Below, piece after piece: positions 13,821 to 27,199 of a DNA stretch of 64,000 nucleotides (positions are counted from its first letter, which is position 1; the number at the start of each line of letters is the position of its first letter). A program made the translations under genes and the position numbers. A model generated the notes under the pieces. That model did not search any database, was not told where the DNA came from, and saw only the letters and a list, made by a program, of their open reading frames with translations. The DNA comes from Octopus sinensis (Eukaryota). The stretch spans positions 92,876,001 to 92,940,000 of the forward strand of contig NC_042999.1 in NCBI RefSeq assembly GCF_006345805.1, given 5' to 3'.

Positions 13821-14187
13821 TCTCTCTATATATAAACGGCAGTTTGTCTGTGTGTGTGTCTGTGTGTCTGTCAGGTTGTACCCTCACCCTGACTACGGCT
13901 TTCAACCGATTCTGATGAAACTTGACACACTCATAGCCCAATGTCATAATTCAAAACTAACGCAGCGAAAATTTTGAAAAAAAATCGATAAATTCGACAT
14001 GGGGTCGAGAATCAGAAACACAAACCACAGACTGTCTAGGGGACGCAACTCGACCCTTTTAACTCTCAAAAAAAAATTTACCATAGTTTTTTTTCCATTT
14101 TTTTGCTTTTTTTTGGCTATAACTCTCTAAAAATGCTTTATAGTTATTTCCCTTACAAACCCGAATAACGCCGGGCGATACTGCTAG
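13821..14187 (+). mobile_element. Non-autonomous Helitron
   Basis: Starts A|TC (TCTCTCTATATATAAA), has a subterminal hairpin CCCG-AATAACGC-CGGG, and ends CTAG|T; no target site duplication. Confidence 0.8.
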
Positions 14188-15059
14188 TATATATATATAT
14201 ATATATATACATTAACGTCCACACATACTCAATCTGCCATATGTGTTTTGCATGTTTCACTTATAGTGCTCATAATGCTGGGTTTTGAAAGACCTGAATT
14301 TCATAGACAGGTGTTGCAACTCGCCTCCGACTCGTGTCAAGATTGATGACTACAGATATTTCACCATTTTTGTGCCTTATCAACATCATATACCTGATCC
14401 GTACCGGGGACGGATCGAATCGCCAGTCGATGATTATATACAAATAGTCTAAGAACCATTTGCAGGTATGCTACGACGGTGGTTAAGTAAGATTAAATTC
14501 ATCATTGAATTTAATTTTACGTGCCAATGTAATTGTTATAGTGTAGTTGAGTATGGGCAAAAATGAATTCGATACAACTGATAGATGAAAGCAAATTTGT
14601 TGAGACTCTTTAAAGTTTATCATAACTGTTGTCGCTACTTTCTAATCCTCAGCTTATGATCTAGAGATTAGATAAAATAATATGGTAATTATAGTTTTTA
14701 TTTAGCCTTGATATAAACCGCCCATGTATTGTTCTACTTATTTCTCTCTAGGTAGCTAATTAGATGATGCGTATCCGCAACTGAGCGTTGACATTCCAGT
14801 AAGAAGAGTCTACTTTCGAATCTATTTGATGCACCGTTTTGCCTCAGTAAAAGATGGACGTCATTTCGTTTCTGCCAAATCGAGAGACTCTATACCTCAT
14901 CACTAATTGCTTACACATCAGTCTGATGTGAGAATGGGGACGTGACCTCATTTATCCGATATTACATAAAACCCCAAAGCAGAACAAGTTTTTCTAATGG
15001 CAGAATTTAAATTATGATTTAATAAAAATTACAAAATGAGCGGGTTGAGTAGTCGGAGA

Positions 15060-16060
15060 CCACAGTGTTGGGGAAAACTAAGCTTTATAGGACCACATAT
15101 GTGTATATTTCTTGGGAGCACAGCCACATTATCACACGATCTCAATATTACAGTGCAATCATCGAAACTAATATCAAAAAGGGAGGGTATATAGAGGAAC
15201 TTAGATCGAAACGTTTGCTACTACTTGACCACTCGATAGTCAGTCTGTTAGATCTCAAAAAGTTTCCAGCTATTAACCTGAAAGCTCGGAGGACAGTTAT
15301 CACCTGGTCATTTGTTATGGGTGACAAAATGTCCTCCAGTAGTTTCACATTACATAGTATTGTTGCTGATACTATCGGATTCCGGCCGAAAACAGTATGA
15401 AAACTAGCTTCATTGAAACCCTACCATACTTTCCAGGATCCTTATGGACATGTATACGGTCCGCAGAGCCACCATGAAAAGAGAATACAACAAATTTAAA
15501 ATGTTGAAGTATCAATATCTTCATCGCCATGGTATAGCCATGTTCTAAATCTGAAAAGGATATCTAGATTGCAAAAGCTCAGAATGCCTACTGTCTACGA
15601 TGACATGAAAATACTGATCTTGGAAAAAAAGTTCCATAGCACTAGCGAAGTCATCAGATAGTGCGAATCTATCGAAATACGGGCAATAATCGAATACTGA
15701 CGAGAGCACTTTAACTAGCGCCGAAATCACTTTTACCAACTGATCTATTACAAGAAACTTTGTGGAATTCTCATCATCCACCACCTGGAAGTGAGGTTAA
15801 CCTGTGTTGCTGCTATAGAAAATATCTGATGTTCTGGATAGATCACTATTGCAAAACAATCTTGTGGAGTGAATAGCTGTGTCTTTGTGTAATTGCCTTT
15901 CTTTGTTACATCTCTGGAATTCTAACCACTAGAAGGTATATTTCACCAGTGGAAGCATGCAAACCTCGTCAACATCTACGAAAAGCGTGATGACAAATCT
16001 ATTTACCTCATAGGGTTATAACATTCTCGTCTATTAGTGCGTAGAATCTAACTGCGACCA
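15060..16060 (+). mobile_element. Old RTE-like LINE relic
   Basis: QWKHANLVNIYEKRDDKS at about 15945-16000 resembles the RTE RT domain-1 motif; HIITRSQYYSA and DHSIVS resemble the endonuclease end. Heavily mutated. Confidence 0.45.
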
Positions 16061-16639
16061 TGCTGTAAAGAGTGCAAAGTTTCTTCCGATTGGTTTGTGC
16101 CCTATATGATTCAGATCTAGATTCATATCTGAATAAGATATAATTTGATTTTGTTTTCCCAGAATGAGCAGGAGCAATTACATTCTCAAAAAAATTAGAT
16201 ATATTAACATCAGCTTAACATATTTCCCAAAAGTACTGTGCGATGGAAGAATATAAAGCTGTCTCAAATGTTACTAGTCTGAAATCTCTTCTAATGATAA
16301 ATTGTAGACAAATGAATGTGTGATGTGCCAGAATATACTACAATTGCCAGTGGAGTATAAGTTCAAGTGATAGTAAACGTCAAGGCTATATTAATGGAGC
16401 GAATGTGGCATGTGACCGACTAATCAACAAGTCATCAGTATTGCCAAAATTAAACACTCAAATTGATTGTATGCAACTAACATTAAATTATATATCTATA
16501 TATATATATGAGTATATTAGGATTACAATGGGTTTGAGAGTGTAAATAATTGTATCCTGTCCTGGTAATTTAAATTTCTAGTTAATGTAATTTTTTTGTG
16601 TTATTATAACACTCCATATTTCCTTACCTTTTACTGGTG

Positions 16640-16647
16640 AAATAGTT

Positions 16648-16698
<51 letters not shown>

Positions 16699-16784
16699 GC
16701 ACCAGCACCATCACCACCAACACCGCCACCACCACTACAACAACTACTACTACTACTACTACTACTATTACTACTAGTACTGTA

Positions 16785-16817
<33 letters not shown>

Positions 16818-16830
16818 GCTACTACTACTA
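16640..16830. repeat. (CTA)n/(CAC)n trinucleotide repeat
   Basis: Direct inspection. Confidence 0.95.
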
Positions 16831-17927
16831 CATATTGAAATGTATGCATTCGCATATATATATATTCTTTCATACATATACCATACATATACATACACAC
16901 ACCGATTCACTTATATTCATGTAACCTTACGAATGTAAGATTTCTTTATCCACAGAGTCAGTGGGAGAGTGGGTCATTTTACTTACGGGTACTGTCAAGC
17001 CGATAGACTTGCACTCCAGAGCAGATATTCTTTTATTCGTTCATTAATATACCACCAACTCAAGCAGTTGGACCGGTACAGCCATTAGCATAATGATTCG
17101 CCTGAGATATTCCTTACGTGTATTTATGTTTGGTTTTCAAATTCCAGGAAGTCTAACTTTCTTTTTCAGCTCTTAGGAATTCGATGAAAAATAGTATCTG
17201 CTTGAATAGTGCCTAAATTAAAAATTATTATGCCTTCTACTTAAAATTTACATGGTGTTCTTATGAATTTTAACATTTTGATATCACTTCGAAAATTTCC
17301 GATACCTCGTCTTCAACACTCTCTCGGTAACTATATTCTTTTATTGTTTTATATGTATACACAGAGAGGTTTAGTTATTTTCTTGTTCTTCGCTTGCATT
17401 GCCCAATATTTATGTATGTATGCTTAATATCATAAGTTAATTTTTTTTAATTATTGAATTATTAATACAGTAGTTAACCGTTTCCGTTTCTAACCAGCGT
17501 AAGTATTCAAGAATCAAATCCTTTTAATTTTAAGCTCACATTTGAAGAGGAATTGCTTTAATTACTCCAGTTATTAATTTTATAATTGTATAAACGCCAG
17601 AAGATCTCAAGTTATTCTAATAAACTTGGTCTTAATATTTTTACTGTTTTTATCGTTATTACTATTGATACATTTAAATCAACAACCACACTTGCCTCAT
17701 AAATTTCATACAATTAGCTGCTATTGTTTACACACATTCATATATATGAAATTTTCTCCCTAAAACTATTTTACTTCCTCTTTCTTTGCTATTCTCTTCT
17801 ATTTCTTCCTTCTTTTCTTTTTAATGCTTTCCTACTTCTCAACTTGAAGATATTTCGATCCTTGTTTTTCATTCTTAATTTTTTAAACACTCAAACTCGA
17901 TGTATGTATGTAAAATAAAATCTTTTC

Positions 17928-18400
17928 AACTGAAATTTATAGAAAAACTCCAATCAAGGGAACTCTCGCTTTTCTCTATACTTTCTTCTTTCTCGCTGTC
18001 TCTCTTCACTATCTCTCTCCATATTTCGCTCTTTGCCTTGTACAGTTGGTAATAAACTTTAACATAAATGTCATATATACTTTATTTTTTTAATAACATT
18101 CGTTTGAAACGATCGTAATCCCGAAGCATATTGCAATTTGGTCACTGTATATATATATATATATATATAATGGATAATACAGTGACCAAATTGCAATATG
18201 CTTCGGGATTACGATCGTTTCAAACGAATGTTATTAAAAAAAATAAAGTATATATGACATTTATGTTAAAGTGTATTACCAACTGTACAAGGCAAAGAGC
18301 GAAATATGGAGAGAGATAGTGAAGAGAGACAGCGAGAAAGAAGAAAGTATAGAGAAAAGCGAGAGTTCCCTTGATTGGAGTTTTTCTATAAATTTCAGTT
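17928..18400. repeat. Near-perfect inverted repeat (foldback) with arms of about 223 bp and a (TA)n-containing spacer
   Basis: 17928-18150 is the reverse complement of 18177-18400; by eye there is one substitution and one homopolymer-length difference. Confidence 0.97.
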
Positions 18401-18909
18401 ATATATATATATATATAATAAATATATACACACAGACGAACGCACGCGTGCACACGCGCCTACAGACATATACATGCACATAGACACACGCGTGGGAGAG
18501 GACCTCCGTCGTTCGACGGTTAGAAATTAGGTCTTCTAGCAACTGAAGTACCTGCTGTACTGAAGCACATGAAGTGTAATTGGCTAAGCATTCGACAAAC
18601 ACTTGCACTGTTAACGTAAATCGCACACAGAATTAGCGCGAAACAATGCGTGAAGAGGTCGTAACTTTTGAACTGGTGGTACATCTCATCTAACAGACGT
18701 CTAAGGAGTTTTGTCGACCCAATTTCATTCACAAAGTATGGGTGAACTCGGTGTCATAGAGAATGGCATTTGTGCAAAATGCCCCGCAGTTGTCGTTTAC
18801 ACTTAGCGGTTATATATCAAGTATAGATCAATTAAAATTGAATACTTAGCTTCAGCTGTCCTTCTATCTGCCTTTCTATGTTTACCTCTTTGTGTGTCTG
18901 TACGCATAC

Positions 18910-18942
<33 letters not shown>

Positions 18943-19063
18943 TGTATATATGTATGTATGTATGTATGTATGCGTGCATGTATGTATTTTTTTTTTAACA
19001 AAACTGTACGACGAACGGGAACGTGAAACTCCGAGTAACAGGTTTGTTGAATTTCTGCTGCTT

Positions 19064-19099
<36 letters not shown>

Positions 19100-19368
19100 C
19101 CTGTCAGAGTCTATGTGTGTGTGCGTGTATGTGTCTGTGTACATGTGTGTACGAGAGTGTGTGTGTGCTTTCCACATCTGGGGATGAATTAAGGTGACAT
19201 CATTTCACGTGCACTTGTGTCTTTTAGCTATCTATGTATGTATGTACGTACGTATGTATGTATGTATGTATGTATGTATGTATGTATGTATGTATGTATG
19301 TATCTATCTATCTATGTCTATCTGTTTACATATATATTTCTATGTGTGTATGCGCGTGCGTATATTTG

Positions 19369-19620
19369 AAGGCGCGTGGCTTCGTGGTTAAGGTATTCGG
19401 CTCACGATACCATTCTGTCCTTGAGGAAGACACTTTATTTCACGTTGCCACATGTCTACTTGAGTGGCAAGAATGAGTAGTACTTGTATTTCAAAGAGCC
19501 AACCGTGTCACATTCTGTGTCGCACTGAATTTCTCTAAGAACTACGTTAACTGTACACGTGTCTGTGGAGTGTTCAGCCACATTCACATTAATTTCACGA
19601 GAAAGTTATTCCGTTAAGCG
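19369..19620 (+). mobile_element. tRNA-derived SINE (family 2)
   Basis: Head GGCGCGTGGCTTCGTGGTTAAGGTATTCGGCTCACG and body GTCCTTGAGGAAGACACTTTATTTCACGTTGC; the 3' part matches the reverse complement of 59137-59280. Confidence 0.8.
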
Positions 19621-19642
19621 AAAAGAGTTATATATCTATATC

Positions 19643-19681
<39 letters not shown>

Positions 19682-19989
19682 GTGCGTGTGTGTGCTTGTG
19701 TGTGTGTGCGTGCGTGTGTGTGCTTGTGTGTGTGCGTGCGTGTATGTGCGCGCGCGCGCGTGTGTGTGTGTGGAAAGGTGGGTATGCATGTATATATTAA
19801 GAGTATATCATCTCACTGCTGGAGGTTAATGTATTGCACTTTTTTTAAGTGCTTTAAAAATGAATTTTGCCTGCGTTGTAAAGAGATTATCTTACCGACT
19901 AACTTTTGCCGAAATGAAGATGTGATTATCTGTTAAGACGGATAATATATGAAAGACTCATAGGATAAATTATTTACATTTTGTCTATC

Positions 19990-20641
19990 TGCCTGGTTAT
20001 CAAGCAACCCATGAATTGCTTAAAATCTTGCAGATATATCTGGGGAAGTGAAGCAACGGTAAATGTATTGCATCAACTGCATAAATTTGTATGTAATATG
20101 TGGAGTAAAAAACCCCCAGAATTGGTCCCTTGGGCAGTGGAAGAATTTTATTTTCCCGGACGAGTCATCCTTTACCTTATTTCCGACCACCGGCCGAGTA
20201 TACGTGTGGAGACAGCCAAAAGAAACATTTGACCCAGATTGACATCTTCCAACTGTTAAGGAGGAGGATGATCTGTGATAATCTGGGGGGCTATATCATA
20301 GAAATCCGTCGGCCTAGTGGCTTCTCTTCATGACAGAATTAATAGTGAAGACTATTTAAGCATTTTATCTGATCAAATTTATTCTATGTTTGCAGAACTG
20401 CTCCCGGAGGGAAACGCAGTATTTCAGAATGATAATACACTAATTCAAACAGCTAAAGTTGTTACTGAATGGTAGAAGGAAATTCTAGTGAAGTTGAACG
20501 TCTTATCTGGCCATCACACTCCCCAGATCTCAATATTATTGAACATTTATGGTGCATTTTAGGAAAGCAAGTAAGGATTCGATATCCTCCACTATCATCA
20601 CTACAAGAACTGGAGCCTGTTTTAACAGAAGAATGGACAGA
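19990..20641 (+). mobile_element. Tc1-like transposase relic (DDE domain)
   Basis: WKNFIFPDESSFTLFPTTGRVYVWRQPKE, IIWGAIS, VFQNDN and WPSHSPDLNIIEHLW; frameshifts and stops. Confidence 0.9.
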
Positions 20642-20661
20642 AATATATGTATATATATATA

Positions 20662-21210
20662 TAATAATAAATATTAGGGAATAAATCCAAATTTACAGGG
20701 AAAAATCAGATTTAGGATTGAATCCAATTTTATAGTAAAATATAATATAATATTAATTAGAGACAAAACCACTATTATGCAAATCAAACAAAGAAAGACT
20801 TAATCCAATACATAAAAAATTTTATATAAATTAAATAAAATTAAGTTATCCACTACAATTGTTTCCTGTCACTTCTAAGGACATTCATCAGGTGGTTTCA
20901 AGATCTATTCAATTTTAAATTATGAATATATATATATATATATTAAAATGAAACAACAAGTTTATAGGACATTTATAAAGAGGAAGGTAGTCTTACAGAT
21001 GTTTCTGGGATATTAGAGATGTCTCTTCATGAAGCACGATATGAGAGAGTTAACAAGAGGGAAATAGTAGAGTTCAATATAAGGATTTATTAGAATCCTC
21101 ACATTAGACTCCTCACTCGTATTATTATATAGCCGGGGATCTAACTACGGTCATCCCGTAGCACTTACATAGCCTTACTTGCTATCTTGGGTCTTCTGAA
21201 TACCAATACC
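20662..21210 (-). mobile_element. Probable non-autonomous PLE-derived repeat carrying hammerhead motifs
   Basis: About 160 bp at its left end align with 47731-47890; both copies start right after (TA)n. Two hammerhead-like motifs on the minus strand. PLE assignment is inferred from these motifs only. Confidence 0.5.
20850..20895 (-). ncRNA. Minimal type I hammerhead ribozyme motif
   Basis: CCAC-CUGAUGA-A-UGUC-CUUAGAAGU-GACA-G-GAAAC-AAUU-GU-A-GUGG: stem I CCAC/GUGG, stem II UGUC/GACA, palindromic AAUU loop III, GUA triplet; mismatch at the base of stem II. Confidence 0.6.
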
Positions 21211-21215
21211 TCTCA

Positions 21216-22490
21216 TCTATATACATAAATAAGTAATGGTGTCTGTCTGTTTGTGTGTTGGGGGTTACTCTAACTCCTCCCACACCGTCCAACCGATTTT
21301 AATGATTTTTGGATCATAGAAAGATCCCTTCCTCTGAAATCCAAATAAGGCCGGAATGTTTCGAAAACTGCATCATGCTCAGTTGGCATCGATTTTTGTG
21401 AGCTCAGTTAGGCGTTTGAATGGTAATTCCCATAACGATGTTATTATCCCTGCACGTTTTGCATTTTTTGTCCGATTTTGATAAAAATCGATGAGTGTGC
21501 GAGGCTCATGGCAGTGAGTTGGTGTCAGCATATGGCTTTGACAAAAAGTGGATAATTGCGCCTGAGCAGTGGTTTTATAAAGTCAATAGGCTTTTATTTC
21601 TGGCCGTAACTTTTATATCTTTATCCGATTTTAATGAAATTTGAGATGTAGTTAAAATTTGTGGTTAGAGAGACTGTAAAGGTGTTTATTTAAGTCAAAA
21701 GGCCTCGAAAAGTGTACAAATGCAAATAAGCATTTCCTTAGAGACATTCTTATCGATTTTGTAGAACATTTTACACGTGATTGCAGTTCATGCCTATTAG
21801 TTGATGCCAGCATGAAGCGTTGACAAAAATAGATAATTGCAAGTGAACAGGGAATCTTATGAAATCAATAGGCTTTTTCGTATGCAATTACCTATAAGAT
21901 TAATATTTTATGTTTTAACTTTTACAGAATTCATCCGATTTTGATGAAATTTGACTTTAGGTAAATTTTATGGTGCGAGTTATGCAGTAGAATTAAAATT
22001 AAACTGGTGAAAGGCAGAAATCTTCAAAATTCTCTCACAATAAAACAATGAACTGATTTTGAAGAAAATTGACCCATAAGTTAAATTAAGCACTTCGACA
22101 TATGAAACATCGATTATTCATATAATGTATTGAGATTTAAAAGTCAATGGGATATTTTCATGTAAATGGTCACAGGATTTCTATACAACACTTTCCTTCG
22201 GATTTTACTGATATTGGACACGCTGATCAATTTTGTACAGAGAGTGGCATTGAGGGGAGAGAAATAAACAAACATCACTCTCAACGGGTCTCGGAACACC
22301 CAAAAGTTTGACTGCGATTTCAGACAGTCCAGTATGTGAGAGTATGTCGAAAGTTTTAACCGGGTAAAATCCCTGCCGAACATCTTAATGGGTAATAGTT
22401 GCCACGAAAAACATAGAAGATTTCATTACAAGGTCAGAGGTGGGCTTAACTTCAACACGGAAAACACAAGCAACGACAGGTCCAACAGGA
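21216..22490 (+). mobile_element. Helitron-like element with an internal degenerate minisatellite
   Basis: Starts A|TCTATATACATAAA followed by (GTCT)n like 13821. The CCGATTTT(G/A)ATGAAA motif recurs six times and is shared with 13906. The 3' terminus is degraded and its position is approximate. Confidence 0.55.
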
Positions 22491-22744
22491 TATATATAGG
22501 GAGAGAGAGAGAGAAAGAGAGAAAGACAGAGAGACAGAGAGACAGACAGGCAGAGAAAGGGGATATTTTGGTTAGATGATTTGTTCAACATAACTCTTCA
22601 AGGCGTTGCCCCAGAATGGCCACAGTTCAATGAGTGAAACAATTATAAGATAAGATCTCTGCCTCATTACTGGATTAGTTAATTCTTGCATACGACCAAT
22701 TAATAGAAATTGACAACTTGAAAAGTAAATATCAGCTCATTGAA

Positions 22745-22935
22745 AGCATCTGGTTGGGAAGCAAGCTTCTTTTCTACTCTAGGCACAAGGCCCGAAATTT
22801 TGTGGGATGGGGCCAGTCGATTAGATCGACTCTAGTCCGCAACTGGTACTTAATTTATCGACCCCGAAAGGATGAAAATGCAAAATCGACTACGGCGAAA
22901 TTTGAACTCAGAACAAAAAGACACACGAAAACCAG
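22745..22935 (-). mobile_element. CORE-like SINE joined to a family 1 head fragment
   Basis: Reverse complement matches 34054-34250 (GAGTTCAAATTTCGCCG...CATCCTTTCGGGGTCGATAAATTAAGTACCAG). Confidence 0.8.
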
Positions 22936-23699
22936 CAGTAGCATTGCGAAACTGATGATTGCTTAACATGTAGTCCTAAAATCGACTCCTCTTACGCAGA
23001 GAAGAAAAAAAAACAGTGATACTTTCCATTAAGCTGACTCATCGCTGATACACAATGCGAAGACAAACGTTTTATTGTTGTCCTACAATCCAATGGATCA
23101 TACCATAGGTATCACCCAACTAACGCAATGTACAATAGCAGAATCATTGAAGCACACTTGGTCTGTTACTTCTTACACTTCAGGAGACAACACGTTGATT
23201 TCCATAACAAGTTATTTACAACTATTTCACTAATGTTTTATACCTGATTTAAACAGAATTGTTCCTGTTTAAATATTTTGTTGCTTTTGCTTTTGTTTTT
23301 TTTTTCCCCTCACACGACAACTATATTTAATTAGCTAAATTATCGAAAATTAATTTTATTAAAACGACAAAGGTGTCCTTCTTTTTTTGTTGAAATTATA
23401 AATGAAATTTGTTAAAACTATTTGACTCACGTAAGTTTAATTTTAATTTTAAATTTATTATTGTTTGGTTTATGGTGGCTGGTGGTGTATGATTTTATTA
23501 TATTTGTCGCTTTATTATGTTGCGTTGCATAAAGAAATCATTGTTATTAAAAATAAATAAATCATTATGTTGGTGATGCTAGTGTATATTGTTGTTGTCG
23601 TTGTTGTTATTATTATTATTATTAGTATTTTTAGTATTATTATTATTAGAATAGTAGTAGGAGTATTGGAGATGAGGTGCGTGTGTGAGGAGTTGTCAT

Positions 23700-24720
23700 G
23701 GACACAGAACATGAAATATATTGGTGAAGAAGAAATGTTAAAGAAGTGTGAAAGAGAAGATTCAACAGTAGAACGTAAGCAGATGTGTAAGAAATTGAAC
23801 AGAGTTTCCAGACGAGAGAGACCGAAGTGGAAGAGTAAAAATGTTGGAAATAAAAGCAGACGAATAGTTTGAAAGAGAATGGGAAAATCAAGAGAAGCGG
23901 AGTGGTTTTGGAGAAGGTAGAAGTAGGAAATAACGTCAGTGAGTAAATGAGAAAGGTGTATGCGAAAAGAGAGATGAGGCTATATGTGGAGAGAGGGAAG
24001 TAGAGAGAAAATTGAATTAGCATGTTATGGGTCACACAGTGGTGAGATCCTGAAATTCAATTGTTTGATAGTTAGACAGATAGAAATAGTTATATCAGTA
24101 GATGCAGAGATAAGGAGAAGGGGTGAAAATGTTGTGAAATGTAATTGAGAATACATTAAATGGAAGTTAGGAAAGAAATGTAAGAAAAGCATATGTTCCT
24201 TGGTAAGGAAGAGAGACGAAAGTAGTGATACGAGGGAAAGAAAAACGAAACAAGGGAAAGAAGAAACTAGAGAGAGAGGTAGAGAGTGAGTGAGAGAGAG
24301 TGGGGAAGAAAAGTAAAAATAAGGCTGAGAGGAAAAACATGAAAAAAAGAAAGGAAATACGAAAAGGGAAGAAAGAGAAAATGTCGCGAAATTCACAGCG
24401 CAAAGGGGGCATTGAACGAATAAGAGACCATTATAGAATGAGGGAGAGTTTAATTGAAAGAGAAACCCGGTGATTTTATTATTAAATTTTAACATTGGTC
24501 TACTATGAAATAATGAGAACATTGCTGTGGAAAATGCCTTGGGGAGAAGGGGCACCCTTTATGCTAAACATAACTACAGTAGAGTCTCCTATGTGTAATG
24601 AAGTCAGTTGGGAAACTTCGATTAAGCCGGACATCCATGCACTCAGTAAACTAAATATGCCTTGAGGAATATTTAATATCTTAAAATCAAACGTATAAAA
24701 CAACTTGAATATTTTTCATA
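23700..24720 (-). mobile_element. Very old CR1/L2-like LINE relic
   Basis: Minus-strand SAWMSGLI...FSIKGAPSPQG resembles the WI.SFL...GVPQG region; intervening sequence is pyrimidine-rich and low in complexity. Confidence 0.3.
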
Positions 24721-26169
24721 ACCTAGATAACATACGAGAATAGAATAGAGAATTAAATAGATAAAGTGCAGCTCTGTATATGCTGCCGTATATCTGCTCA
24801 GTCACCAAGCTCCACAGTTATCCATTTTGCCAGACGTACGCTCTAATTAAGCAGATCTATGATATTAACTGTTTCATTTTAATATGTCCAAAACTACTTA
24901 ATTCAATGTTTTATTTCTTTAATATGACATGATCCTAGGGAGATTAGATTACATATCTTGCAGGTTTAGCAGAAGCACAGCAGGTATAGAAAGTCCTTCA
25001 CCTCAGTCTACTTTATGTTCGTAATTGAATTCGAAGACACCTACTGATGAAACATCTAAACCCAGTACAAAAATATATGATTTAATGCATTTGGCTGACG
25101 GACTGATTAGGGTTCTTACGATTTAAATATTTTCAACTGTGCAACAACATTACATAAAACTCTTATGATATTCCAATTTCTATGTGTTTCTCGAGTTTTC
25201 TAGTTTTTGATTTAGGCATAACTTTTTTCAAGACTTCACTTAGAATTCTAAATGAACAGCTATAACTGTTGTTTGTCTATATTGAATTCATCATTGCCTT
25301 TTCTTGTAGTGTACATCTCGTCTTTCTAAGCCTTTGTATGGAATAATGTCGTTATTTAGTATTGTATTTCGTCACTAATTGATCTAGTTCCGAAGCACGT
25401 TTCTGACGACACTGGTATTGTTTTCTAAATTAGACTCAATTCCTCTCTCGTTACCAGAAAGTGATTCTTTATTTATATTTTATAAATGTTTCCATTGAAC
25501 GCAATTCTGCTAGGCATATTCTTAGGATTTCCAATAAATGATTTGTATCCCTACTAATTTCCACCCAGTCATTCTTGACCCCACCTATAAGATATTTTTC
25601 TAATTTCTATGTTCCTCAGTATCCTCCAGGGCAATGCCTTTTCCATTTTGTCTGCTGGTGTCATCAGAAACGTTTCCTCGATATTGTGAGAGGTAAGATT
25701 CTCCGTTTTCTTTTCCTTACTATTGTCTGTCTCTTTCCTATCTCACTTCCTGAAAACTGATATTTAAAATTTTTCATTTCTTTCCATTCTTTCCAAATAT
25801 ATCTATTGCGGAACTGTCTTTTTTGCTTTCCTGAGAAGTATCGCCTTCATTCTATTAAATCCAACGTTGATTGTTTTTTAATTCAATAAGCAGATTCTCA
25901 TTACGTATTTCTCTTTTGATTTTCTAATATCTTTTATGCTTGTTTCAGATCTATTCCATTTCTACATGTTTGCTGGCTTAATGGGTGTCATTATTAAAAG
26001 AAATGCATAAGAACTAAATATATTGTTAATATAAGCTTTACGAATTTAAAATTGATATCGGATTACTATTCGCAATACAGATAAATTATTCGCAATACAG
26101 ATAAATCAATATATTACACTTGACATTCACTATTAATACTGTAAAAGATAAAAAGTGGACAGATGCATG

Positions 26170-27000
26170 TAGAGCATGTGCAGGGGTAGGTTTCCAGCGG
26201 ACAAATGCCTTGAGGACGAAGAAATGAAGTTGTTGCTAGAGTGAGTAACAAGAAAAGGGTGGTCAGTTATCTTGGAGTGCCATAGAAAAGACGACTCGAG
26301 GTAAGTCATGTCTGAGGAGAAAAGTCTCTGAGTGTACTACCAGTAGAAAATCGCAGAAGGAGAAAACAACTCATATGTGGACCACAAGTTAAGTGTGATG
26401 TTCAACGTCGTCAGGTAAATCAGGAAGTGAGTTGTGTATTTCGACGCACTGTAACAGCAGAACTCTCACAAATGGGATGTAGTATAGCCTCGCTGTTCTC
26501 GTATAAACTTTGTAAATAATTAATAGTTCACGGCCTCTGGATTAATTTCAGACTCTGGGAGAAGGTCTGACTTTGTATCACGCAGGCATCGCTATGTTGG
26601 GTATGTGCGTTCTCCAGAAAATATACTTAGTCAAGGAGAGAACAAACCTTCGCAACAAAATGGAGGATTCTATTTGCATTATGTTTAGAGGTGGGTGGGA
26701 TAATATTTTCTTGATATACATAATAAGAGCATATTTCAGTTGTGGGAAAAAGTATAATTCACATGAATCTATTTCCATAAGAGTGGCTTGAACAATCGGT
26801 GTCAGAAAAGAATTTGACATTAGGTACTTGGGTGGCATATGGATGATATTTGTGTAAGCAGAGTTGCTGGGTATGGACTGCAGAGCAAGATTTATTACAT
26901 AGGAGTGTCCTTTGTTGGTGTGGATGGAAACGCTGTGGCAGTGGCCCATGGGAGAAGACATGAACATAGACGGAGTTCATAGGTGGGCAGTTTTATCCAT
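26170..27000 (-). mobile_element. Old CR1/L2-like LINE RT/3' relic
   Basis: Faint minus-strand resemblance to the RT C-terminus and the RTS.LWNSLP end motif; no intact motif. Confidence 0.3.
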
Positions 27001-27199
27001 GATTCACGTGCCAGAATGGTCTAATTCGTTGCTGACCATTAGTGGAGTAAAATATATAACAATGACATCCTTCATCATTTTGAATCCCTCTCTCCATATT
27101 TCTCTCTTTCCTCAGTAATCATCACTAGGGATTCGCCAGTGTCAACCGGTTCACAGGAGATCTGATTTGTTATGTTACTCATGAATGGGCTCTCGCTTT

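Noticed and set aside
14391-14430. CTGATCCGT...ACGGATC-GAATCG hairpin resembling a hammerhead
   Set aside because: The 7-bp stem is real, but both core strands are broken.
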